Assembly (NCBI GenBank): GCA_964658305.1
Contig: OZ210885.1
Coordinates: forward strand, 2,356,001 to 2,420,000
Reading direction: 5' to 3'
DNA length: 64,000 nt
Source of the DNA: Leptogorgia sarmentosa
Taxonomy: Eukaryota
How positions within the stretch are numbered: the stretch's first letter is position 1; the number at the start of each line of letters is the position of its first letter. Below, in pieces: positions 37,520-49,312 of this stretch. The position numbers and the translations under genes were made by a program. The notes beneath the pieces are model-generated. The model was not told the DNA's origin. It did not search any database and saw only the letters and a program-made list of their open reading frames with translations.

Positions 37520-40500
37520 ATGGAACTAGCTAATGAACTCAGTGAAAATTTGAAACCAATACGACTTGATGATGTATTGGAACCATATCGTAACGCGTTC
37601 ATCATCGGCGACATACAGCAACAGAATATTATTATCAACAACTTTGTATCGAGTTTGGTCACTGCTGAAATTTCTCGATTAACCGAAGAACGCAGAAGTT
37701 ATGAGGAGGACGTTAAAGCTTCCCTACTACAGGTAATATTTACATGTAGTTTTTGTCGAGAATTATTCCACCTTCCAGTCACTCTAGTATGCGGGCATAC
37801 ATTCTGTTTGGAATGTTTGACAAACTATCAGCGACAAGGTAGCACGATATGTTCCGAATGTGGAGAGGAATCAGCACTTTGCTATACCCCAGACACAGTT
37901 TTACGGGAACTATTTCGTTTGTGGTTCCCCAAAACGAGCAATGTACGAAACTGTATCGCCACAGCCAATGAGCTACTATGCCAAGGACGAATGGAAGAAG
38001 TCATGGAATCCACAAAAAATCTCATGACAAAATACCCTGACAATGTTGATGTATTGAACTTGGTTGCCAATGGAAATAAAACCATGAAGAACTATAATGA
38101 TGCTCTGAAATACTTAGACCATGCATGTAGGCTTGCGCCATTTTGTAGTAAAATTTTTCACGCTCGTGGGGAAGTGTTAGCAAGCCGGGGTTCGTCTGAG
38201 GAGGCAATGATTATGTTCCTTCGTGCTCTTGCATTAAAACAAAACGACCCCAGCTACTACTGTAGTCTTATTTCGTGCCTTGAGAAACAGTTAAGGAACG
38301 CCTGTTACTCAAGCACCCCTCTACCATTTTCTTCAAATTTGATATACAATGCTGAGAATGACCTCGACTCTGCTGTCAAAGAAGCAGTGAATATTTTGCC
38401 AATGAAATCTTCACTGAATATTGAGGAACCTATTGCAAAAAATACACCAAGAGCAAGACAAGTTTCCAACGAAACTCAAATTACATCCAGGGAAATTCAA
38501 ACAAATGATCATAAAAATGAACCGACAAAGGCTTTTGTGAATGTAGATAATTCATGTATCAGAATAGAAGAAGCAGAGAGTGATAATTGTATTCAAGAAA
38601 ATACTATGTTCTCAGTGAATTCGAATATCCTGAGAGAACTAGAATGTAATCTGTGTTTTAACCTAATCTATGACCCTGTAACTACACCGTGCGGACATAC
38701 TCTATGTCGATCCTGCCTGAGACGTTCTCTTGATTATCGATTTGATTGCCCAAGTTGTCGAGCGGACCTACAGTCCTACTTAGAGCACATTATAACAAGG
38801 AATATCGGAACGTCGAAGGTGTTAGAGAAGATATTGTTGTTGAAATTCAACCATGATTACCAAGAGAGAAGAATAAGCCATGAAACTGAACTCTTCTTGT
38901 TTTCAAGGTAGGCAAATTTTTATTTGAGAATTTTTTTTGGAATACAATTGTTGGAATAGTTGAAACTGAGACGTCTATTAATCTGTTCGGCAATATGTTC
39001 AAAATAAATAAATGAAAGTTCTACTCTTTCACTACCTAAACATTATACAGTAAAAATGCTGCAGTTATGCTGTCCAGCTATAATCGTGTTTCCACAGTAA
39101 CTGCTTATCCATCTTCTACGTACAGATTTGAATATTTTGTGCTAAATCCACGAAACACCTCACAATATACCATAGTCGTCCTATCAAAGTATTTCCACTA
39201 GCTATAATTCATTGTTCAATTCCAAGGGACGAGACTAAATCTTAAAGTTCAAGGTCTCACACACAAAGGTGGCTCATATTCATTGTCGTAGTTTTATAGT
39301 TCAAGCCCCGGCTCGACACTTTTTTTTCGCGTTTGTGATTTCAACTTATAACTTCTCTTTTTCCAATATTTTTCCGACTTTTATGGTTAGGGTTAGTATT
39401 TTAGGGTTTGGATTAAGCGTATTTCAAGTTTTTAAATTTGTCATAAACTAAGTAAAAACGAGCAGGGAAGGCAACGACCGTTTACGAAAGGGAAAATTGC
39501 TCCGCCGCCACTGGACTGAAAGCCGGTGCACTGAGCTTCCTGGCAAAGCAGTGCGCGCAGACTCCGTACGGGCGTAGGTACAATTCTTGCCGATGTAATT
39601 TATAACTTTTCTCCACTGCTCCCTGTTGTAATTGTGATGTGTGTACAATTTCCATTCTATATACTAAGACACGTTAATCTTGCTCCTGAAAGATGCCTTA
39701 CTCTTTAACCTGTGAAGTACTTAATTATGATTATAGAAAAGGTGTTGGCTTTCATACTTTTTATGACCTTTATTGATATAATTGTAATTTTAGTTAGTGT
39801 GAGGGCCTACTATTCGTGTCTACCCTCTTTAAATGAAGATTCCATTACGCTTGAAGCAGTATTTTAAAACTTCAAAATAAAGAAAAAGAATGCTCTGAAA
39901 TTGGAAGCATGCTACGACTCACGTGGTGGAAGCACACGGCAGGTGGTTAATCCATATTACGCCACAATCGTTACGCAACAGAAAATCCCAGATAATGCCA
40001 TTACATAAGAAAAAATAACATTGGGTAAGTAGTACGTATCAGATATGCGAACCCAAGAAATTCGATTCTTTATTTTCACAGACGTCATGTCAAAAAGTGC
40101 GCATGAATCGAGGCAAAGCCGCAAAGAGGGCAGATAATTCTAAATTATGACAGACGTCATAATGTAGTCACCGGCGCAATAAAAAATCGCTCACAAATCT
40201 TTTAAACATGAAGAACATATTAGATTGCACACTATTACTTTGTATCAACTGTGCGGATTTTGGTACAACATAAATCTGGAACGAATGTACAAATATTTGT
40301 TCTGATTGGCGTGCACGCGGTATAGTACGGTTACTACGGTACCATACAAATATGTGTTCATCACCGTACTCTTTCGCAGTAGGCGAAGATTTGTAGACGG
40401 GTTAAACGCAAGTAGTATTCACACGATTGTTCGTACAAATACAAATTTATCTGGTGACGTGCGAGCCGAGTCGGCTAAGCTCCCCAAAGCAAATAAAGCT

Positions 40501-41799
40501 GGCTGTTGTCGATAAAATCCTCGCTTTTAACTAATTTTCAATTTCCGTTACCGGGTGTAAGTACCGTAAATCACCGGGAGAACAACATGATTATATTGAA
40601 TTGGGTTCACAAATTATTCAATAAGATTCGACGTTTCGAGCGAAGGCCTTTCTACTGGAACTACTTCACTCTTACAATAAATGCCACGAAAAACATAAAT
40701 GTTGTTAAGCAAATAACGACAATTCAGGGACGCGGGAGAGAGCGGGGGAGGGGCAAGCGCCCTCTTTCCTAAGAGGGTGCAACGGGGGCAAAGGTGCTCC
40801 TTTAGTGTAAATCTTGGTGATGGAAAAGTAGAGTTTGCGATTAACTCAAGTGGTAAAGTATGCGAAAATGAATATTTTTTTCTTCTCAAATTTAATATTA
40901 ATTTTTGGGGGTAAGAATTACTGTTAGGTTTAGAGTTTAGTTTAGAGTTTAGCAATTTCCAATTGCTTTTGTTCTCAGTTGGAACCTATTTGTAACATTG
41001 TACATAGAACTAATGATTTAGTAAGTTAAATTTGGAATTCATCGAAATCCAATCAAAATGGGGTGGCTACGAATTTTCTACAGACTGCCCTTCATGCTCG
41101 CATTGCCCCTCCTGCCCTTGTATCGCTCCGGCGTCCCTGCGACAAAGCCCCTTTTCCAGTGTGTTTTTTTTTTCGTTTCTTAGGTGTGACAGCAACATAA
41201 ACGAGATTCCAATATTCGTCCGCACATTCGCTGCACCAGATATGGGTTGTCCTCTGCACATATTTCAACCTTCGCACAAGCTCATGTTACGGAGATGCAT
41301 CGAAAGTGGTTCCCGACAATTTGGCATGTGCGCCAGCGATCTTGAGCAAGGTTTTGCAACAGTTGGTACAACGTTACACATTAACGACGTTAATTTCTTG
41401 TCAGATGGAAGGTCAATCGTGCACGCAGTTGGTAGCAAACGGTTTAGAGTTTTGGAACGAGGACACAACGACGGCTACAATATTGCGAAGGTGGCTTGGA
41501 TTGAAGATGAATGTGAGAACGTGGACTATGATGGACTGAATTATGAAGTCCATGACATGATGGTACATTGGTTCGGGAAGTTACCAGGTGAACAGCAGAC
41601 GTGCATTGTGGAAGCAGTTGGGAAGTTTCCAGATGTGCACCAGAGGACAAACAAGAATGGTCCAAAGTGGCTTTGGTGGTTGTTGGTTGCAATGCCTTTG
41701 AATCTGAAAGCGAAACAGATTATTCTGTCAATGACATCAGTTACTGAACGTTTAAACAGCATGAAACGATTTTTAGCGATATTGATGAGCAAACAGTAA
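37520..41799 (+). CDS. LONRF: LON peptidase N-terminal domain and RING finger protein (~667 aa)
   Basis: Exon 1 37520-38907: RING CSFC..PVTLVCGHTFCLEC..CSEC, TPR-like helices, second RING CNLC..PVTTPCGHTLCRSC..CPSCR; donor AG|GTAGGC. Exon 2 41184-41799 (acceptor TTTCTTAG): LON domain IPIFV..CPLHIFQP..MLRRC..RQFGMC..DGRS..RFRV..NGPKWLWW. Confidence 0.93.
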
Positions 41800-43239
41800 T
41801 TGACCAAAAACACGACAAAAACTGCATATTGGGAAAAGTTATGTGTGGTTAAAAGTGAAACGGGCATATCTTATGCATAAAATCATAATAATCCATGCAC
41901 AGAGAAAACAATTGAAATCTTTGTTCAAGAATATTCATTTATAGGCTACTAATACAGCTTGAATAATACAGGGTGTCAATACAATCGGATCACTATAATT
42001 AGACTAATTTGAATTCCAAAGACTATATAGCCTTTTTTGAGGCAGCCTGTATAATATATTGACTGATGGAATTTTTGCTGAGCCTTATTTATTGCTCTTT
42101 GTACTTAAAAGCTTAAATATCAGCTGGCACGAAAATCTTTTTTTTGGAATTCAAGTAATGGACTTTCAGAAAAAAACGCGGAATGAATATACGTCCGGCT
42201 TGTTGTATTTTGATTATTTTTTATCTCTTTTGACATACCTCAGGATGGCTTTATTTGTGGGCGGTTTTTGACCGCAAAAGCGTCGAAAATATCATAATGC
42301 ACTTGACAGTATTTTTAAAGCTTGCAAAAATCCCTTATAAGAACGCCTCCACTTCAAAGACCAAATATCTCTTGTGGAGTAAAACGTGTTATTATACCGC
42401 AAATCCTTTTGAACTCCCATGGCTTTTCATCTTTGAAGGCGTACGGCATGAAAGCCCGCATTTGCACATCATCTGCATGAGATACTAAGCCTGTTGCGAG
42501 ATTATAATCATATGAGCCCGAGCTGGCATTTAGGGCCGGAAAATATAGTTACGTGTCTTAATAACGAATGAAAATTTTTTTGCATATAAGTTGTTCAGCC
42601 CTTAATATAGCTATATTTCAGATTATTCAAAATAGATATAGTGACTGCGGTCAAAAAGTACTGCTTTACCATTTCAGCTCTTGTTTGATGTGATTGCTAA
42701 GAATGCATGAATATAGTGAATGCATGATTTGTTTGACAATTTCCCCCTACAACACCTATTAGCGCATTCTGGCGAGCATTCAAAAATTGTGTCACGCTAG
42801 CAAATTGCGTACGGTCTGTCTGCGCCGGCCTGAGCACAGATGAATTCAACTGAACTTATCAGTCGTCTGTGCTCAGGCTAGTATGCGTGGGCTCGGACTT
42901 TCAAAATTCAAATCATGTAAGAAAAGATATATCTAAAAAATTTTCCTTTATTTGTGTCTGTTTCCTCAGGAGACATGTCGCGGGTATGTAAATATTGAGA
43001 CACGAGAAAAAAAGCCTGATTATTTTTCTCGCCAGCGATGTTTAAAAAATTATAATTACGCAACGAGGCCGAGCTGCCTACGAGCAGATAATATATAATC
43101 GGCGAACTCCCCCCCCCCGGGGAAGGCTACTTGTGCGCGCGAAGGCCCATGTTCACGTAGGACACCCCCCCCCCCCCAAATTTTTGTTGAATGTGCGCCC
43201 CTGGTGGTAGGTTACCATAAATAGACTGCTATATATAGT

Positions 43240-43990
43240 AGCTCAGCCAATCAAATTCCGGATTTGCAATAGTCGATGATAGCTCAGCATGTAGCTATAC
43301 TAATGTGGATGAGGTCGAAATGACTAATTGTTTTAGTATACACTCTATGCTTATAATTGTTTATATCAGGAAAATTCTTCAGAAACCTCAGGCAAACGTG
43401 AGTTTTCTGCAGTAGCCATATTGTTTTCCTTTGCTTTTTCGCGAACCGCGTCGTCTATTTGTTAAATAGTCACCTCCTAGGAGGTGACTATAACAATTTT
43501 CATAATTAAAATTCAAAATGGCCGCTCGGTTTGCTGAAGTTTCGCAGGACGAAATTGACAAAATTAAACAAGAAAGCATCCCAAGAAAGTTAAACAAGCG
43601 ACAAAATATGTTTTAAAAATCTTTCAATGTAAAATATTTTATTTAGTGTTATTTTTATGCAACAAAACTGGCTTTTTTCACTAGCAAAGTGTGATATGAG
43701 CGTGAATTATAAGTAAAGTAGAAGTAAAGTATAGAAGTAAACAAAACTTGAATTTCTACTTAACAGACAGTTTGAATCAAATCAGTTTGACCTGGGAATT
43801 TATACTAAACAATTAGTCGCCTCAGGCTTCGGTGATTACAGGCTCATAGTCACCTCGGCGCTTGGCGCCTTGGTGACTATGAGCTTGTAATCACCTCGCC
43901 TTCGGCGACTAATCGTTAAATAGATAGCGAGTAGAGTAGCCAATCAAATTGCAGCATTTGCAATAGTATACGAGTATGATTCTACTAATT
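43240..43990 (+). mobile_element. Non-autonomous palindromic element carrying a frameshifted Crypton/DUF3504-like N-terminal coding fragment
   Basis: 43518-43628 translates MAARFAEVSQDEIDKIKQESIPRK / (frameshift) KQATKYVLKIFQ; long hairpin 43801-43923; AGCCAATCAAATT..TTTGCAATAGT near both ends. The Crypton link is from motif recall only. Confidence 0.55.
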
Positions 43991-45857
43991 CTCGATACTA
44001 GAAAAACATGTGAATTTTCGTTAAAGAAAATGTCTTCTGACTGAGGCGCGTTTTGAGTCCGCGCGTGTAGTCAGGATTTTCATCCACGCACGTAACGATA
44101 TTGACCGTGCTTATCTGCCATTAGGTATCCTTTGTACTCGCGTGTCCATCCCGCGGGACAAACCTTACGACCTGGTACCATATCGATAGATATTTTGCAT
44201 AAATGGGGTCACGTGTCAAGCACTCGTACTTACAACCGCCGCCCTTGTTATCTCAAGAGGAATCTTGAACATAACCTAAAAAAGCAGAAAACGTTGACTT
44301 CTTTATTACGCTAGGACTGCATGTCTCGCTTGGCTATAACAAATATTACAGTATATTGCGTTTTTTTGTATAAATTGGGTGAAGATATTTAAAGCTCGAA
44401 ATACATGTCAACTCCAATTCAATCATAATTTATATTCGCTTCGCTATTGAGTTAAGCCGACGTTTTAGCTAACAATAAAAGCTAATTAAAATCATTACAT
44501 CACTAAAGTCATTAGTTAATTAAAGGACTATATATTGATTGTGATTAAGTATTATTGAAGGTTGTAATTAAGATATCATGAGGTTCCATATACAACATAC
44601 AGTTTTTAAATACAACATATATATACGTGTTTTTAAATTGAAAATGAGCGGCGTTGGCGGAATTAAAATGCGTCTTAATTATTTTTCATAAGCACAAATC
44701 TCATGCCTCGCGCCAGCTGTCATGTGTCAGTGGTAACAATCATGAATTTTAATTATTCAATGAGCAGGCAGGCGATGATGCGAGTCAGAATCATTATGTA
44801 GCACAAGCCGGATAGCATATTTACCGCAGAGAAAAGTGAGGCAAATTTATTTCTTCGCGGCTCAAAACTACTTGATTCTTGAATATGTTTTGAGGTCATT
44901 TTTTCCTCCATAACTTGCTTTCATGTGCAATATGCTTAGCCAAATTTCACGATTTCAACTTTTGGTGTAAATACTAAAAAAACTTGATTAAAAATACTAA
45001 AAAAACTTGATTAGCTAAATAGTATACTCCTAAACCTTGCAATAAATAATAAATGTTCATGCACGACTTTGCATTGAGGGCCTGAGGAACAGCACGTCAT
45101 TTTAAGCACGCGGTTATGATTCCTAGAGATGTCAGCATTTCTATTCATTTTCACTACCCAACTGCAACAAATTAGCCATTTCCCAAATCGAGCAAAGTAC
45201 TGGGTCTAGTTGATGTTGGAAGGACAAAACGTCATGTTTCAACTATAATTTTTCTGATTTCAGGCTGCACAATAACTTCAGTGGGCGGTTGTTCAAAGCT
45301 GGATTAAAGCTAATCCTAGGTTAAAATTTAAAGCAGTGTTTTAGTTTGTGTATTTCTGCATATCTGTTTACTTGGAAACTTCAACGAAGAAAACTCTTAA
45401 TGATCTGCACAACATTTCTGAAGAAACATTTCTTAATTCCTAAACGAATTGTCGGATAGTTTTCTCCGAATTCTAAGTTAACCCAGGGTTAAACTAACCA
45501 CCTTTTGAACAACTGGCCCTAGGAAGTCACAAAAACTTTATGCGAACGTCCTAGATGCCATATTCGGGATATTGTTTGTTTTTGTCCTTCCAAACGAAGC
45601 AATTAGACCCAGTCCTTTGCTTGATTTGGAAATGACTAATTGCTCTAATCGTTTAATTTATTTTACCTTCACGCCATACGACCACGCGAAATTAATAAAC
45701 CATTCAGTCCAATTACAAATATTAGTTTCAATAAGACATCGAAATTATTGCATTTTCTTCATCAAACGCATCAGGAAGCTAGGCTCCGCTTAATCCGACT
45801 CTCAGTTGAGGAGCCCAATTCAGATAAAAGGAAGCATCACCAAGTTGAGAAGTAAAG

Positions 45858-46790
45858 ATGGAAACAAAAGGTGGAATCATCCGTCGAAATTGTTCCAACG
45901 GGAAAGTCACGATAGAGTACCCTTCACGAGCATATTTCGTTAGCGATGTAGCCTTGGTTGTTGTTAATTGTATTTTGGTCATCACTACAGTCACACTGAA
46001 CGGTATATCAGTTCTAACGATACGCAAATGTTCTCAATTGAGGACGAAAATGTGTTATTTTCTCATCTTTATGTTATGCGTTCTCGATCTCACGACAGGC
46101 TTTGTGTCCCTACCATTTTTTATTTCAGTTGTCGCTACTGAAATGACAGGAACAGCAAATTGTATTATAAACAACACGTTGACGCAACTGATTACTATTC
46201 CTACACGTCTCTCAGTATCAACGTTTTCTGCTATGAACTTTGAAAGATATGTAAGTGTTTTACATCCAATTTTCCATCGAGTTCATGTGACCAAAAAGAG
46301 GCTGCTAATTTGCATATGTATCCTTGATGTTGCTCTAATGATAGGATTGGCCTCTTGGTCTAATTCAATCCCAATCTTTCAAGAAATAATGGTTCTTTTA
46401 ATAATTGCTTTCATCATAACATTCGTGTTTGCTTACACAAGAATTTTTCTTGTCGCAAGAAGGAGCATGCATTCACGCCGTGGACCAGGTCATAGAAATA
46501 CATTGGCTAATGGGAACAGGAAACGACTTTTAAAAGATTTGAAACTTGCTCGGACATCTTTCATGGTTGTGTTTTGTTTTACTTTATGCTTTCTGCCAAC
46601 ACCTGTGATATCCTTCGCAGTCAATAACGAAAACTGGTACTTGAAACGAGCGGCATTTTATTGGAACATTTCATTAGTTCTGTCAAATTCCACTCTTAAT
46701 TCATTGATCTTCTTCTGGGCCGCACCAAGATTAAGAAAAGAAGCCATGAAAATGTTGCAAAATTTCCTAGCTTCAGTGCATGATATTTAA
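45858..46790 (+). CDS. Orphan class A (rhodopsin-family) GPCR
   Basis: Intronless 310-aa ORF with seven hydrophobic segments; TLNG (TM1), LCVLD (TM2), NFERY (TM3), LHP, CFLP (TM6), NSTLNSLIF (TM7). Confidence 0.9.
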   Translation: METKGGIIRRNCSNGKVTIEYPSRAYFVSDVALVVVNCILVITTVTLNGISVLTIRKCSQLRTKMCYFLIFMLCVLDLTTGFVSLPFFISVVATEMTGTANCIINNTLTQLITIPTRLSVSTFSAMNFERYVSVLHPIFHRVHVTKKRLLICICILDVALMIGLASWSNSIPIFQEIMVLLIIAFIITFVFAYTRIFLVARRSMHSRRGPGHRNTLANGNRKRLLKDLKLARTSFMVVFCFTLCFLPTPVISFAVNNENWYLKRAAFYWNISLVLSNSTLNSLIFFWAAPRLRKEAMKMLQNFLASVHDI

Positions 46791-49312
46791 TTTATGTTAT
46801 ATTATTCGCTGTATATTAACACAATTTCTGTTTTAATTTAATGAATGATTCCAGCTTTAGACTAGATTTTTCAATGTAGACAATATGAACCAATTAGCTA
46901 CCAAATCTATTGCCAACCGTCTATTGCCAACTTTAGCAAAGTCTATAGTGATTGCAAATTTTTGAAATTTTTGAATTAGCTACGTGCAATTTAAAGCTTC
47001 AACCACTTTCAGCTCAAAGTAGTGTTTTTTTTTGCAAAAAATGCCACATTTGTCTATTTTTCGCTTTTTAAAACTTTTTGCAATCCACTAGAAATTACGA
47101 ATTTGGCTCGTTGCGCGGCCCTATATATAATTAAGCGCCCTGATTGAACTCATTGATGAGCAAGTTGAGTACGAACAGGTCAGTGCCAGAGTCAATGATC
47201 TTAGAGAAACATTGAACGTTCGTTACAATTTAAGGCGGAACCGAAGACAACCGGATAGTTATGGTAGGCCTCTACAGATTATGCTCGGCAACTTTTGAGC
47301 AACTTTTCTGGTTTGGAGCAACTTTTCTGGTTTCGAGCAACTTGGAACAACTTTTAATTTTTGGAGCAACAGTAAGCAACTTTTAGGCTTTTACACATTC
47401 CACACTGCTAATTCGTCACAAATTATTGAATAAAATCTTGATCATATCACTATAAACATATTTAGATCTCTGGATCAACAAAATAATCGAAAAGAGCGTC
47501 CTATTTATGCGCCCGTGACTCGTTGCGATGCGTGAGGTTTTCAGCGGTTATTCATAAAGGACTCGCGACTCGCGTGATCTCGTGACTCACGCGACCGCCA
47601 TGTTGTTTGGTTTCTTTGTTCAACAATCACAATGCCTGTAAATGACTCATGGTTATGCTTTTTTTTTGTACGAACTATGAACATCCATGAAATATCCTAG
47701 CAACTAATAGCAACTTTTCAAATTTAACAGCAACTTTTCCTATGGGCTATTGAACAATGTGAACAGATAAGATAACATTACTTAATTACTGTGGTGACTG
47801 AAGTTTGGCCAGAACTTTATCGATACTTTCTTGTTGAGATAATCTGAATATACTAGAAATACATATATGCAGCAACCCCTCGCGATCGCCTTACTAACCA
47901 ATTAATGCAGTATATTTTTGGAACAAAGTACTTCAAAGGCTCCCTGAGGTTGTTGTCATGCCAACACGATCGGAAATTCATATTTCTGTATTTTTTTGAA
48001 AACGGTCAAAATATCAGCTTTTATCTTTGTTTTATTGGCATTTTTGCGTCTACTGGGAACCAGTAGCCGCTATGTCATCATCATTTTGATCCCATAATTG
48101 AACCGGACAAGGTATGCGACTCTGCGAACTATATTTGGAGTTTTGATCCAGATAATATGGTTCGTCACGTGATGGCGCGTGGCAAAATTAATGGCAACAT
48201 GCAGAACACAATATAAACATTCAAACACAAGTAAACAATGAAATGCAGATCATTCTTGGTTGAATTAACTGATTTAATTGTGAAAAAGTTTAATCTCCCG
48301 AGGAAATTGAAAAATACTGCTAAACTATAGAAATAGTCAAAGATTTTTGGGAAGTGCGTTGGATCATTCAATTTGCATGCTTGTTCTATTGCGTCCTCGA
48401 AAGCGATTCGGATCTACAAGCATAAAATAGACCAGTACATAATGCCCATAGATATACCCGTTATCAAAATACAGTTCTTTTAGGCCTATATATAGATATG
48501 CGCTTGCTTCAATAATCTGTCAGTATTTGGTGTACTTCGGAGGATCGATCTTTATCATGCATATTTATCTTGTTTTCGCTATCAGAGAACTATCGCCAAT
48601 TTTCCAAACTAAAATTTACCAATAAAAAAATACCCCAGTTTATTTGAGGACAATCCCAATTTCCCCTTTCAGGTGAACCTTTGAATTAAAAATTTGAAAT
48701 CTGATCACTTCTTTGCCGTAGTAATATAAAATTTACATTATTTTGTAACCAAACTTCAAAATTCTACTGAATTAATGAGTAGAGGTTTCAGAGTTGAGGT
48801 TTCAAGGCCCCTATACTGGAGCCGGTCCGAGCCTGGCTCTTTCCAGCTGTGGCGAAAAATTTTCTGTGTATTTGCACAATCATCAACTGGCATTAAAATA
48901 GCGTGTCCTAGCTTGCACACACTTTGTGTCTTCGTAAAAGGAAAATGTGTCCTTGTAAATTGAAAAGTGTGTACTTGAAAATAACGTGCTTAAAACGTTT
49001 AATAAAATTTCAATTTGTGAATTTGAAACAGTATTGAACTAAGGTTGTTTCAGTACTATTAAAGTAAATATAATTTCAGTGTTTGTCCAAACGACAAACC
49101 TTTTAGTACCTTTTTAGTCGAAACTTGAAGCCACACCTTTTCCTCGGTTGGCTTAATCGTACATCGATCAAGTGTGAAAAAGAATTTTTTAAAAATATAA
49201 ACAATATTTATTAACCTATAACCTTGAACCTTGAAAATAACAAAATTTACTGAAAATTGGTTTTCACAAACACCGTGTGTCCTTGTAACATTTCCTAATT
49301 TTAATGCTTGCA

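Noticed and set aside
39384..40952. Telomere-like TTAGGG/TTAG runs at ~39385 and ~40925
   Set aside because: Only a few degenerate units inside an intron; more likely internal motifs of repeats than telomeric sequence.
41032..41183. Cys-rich N-terminus of ORF 41032..41799
   Set aside because: Intronic: it lies upstream of the polypyrimidine tract and AG acceptor at 41183.
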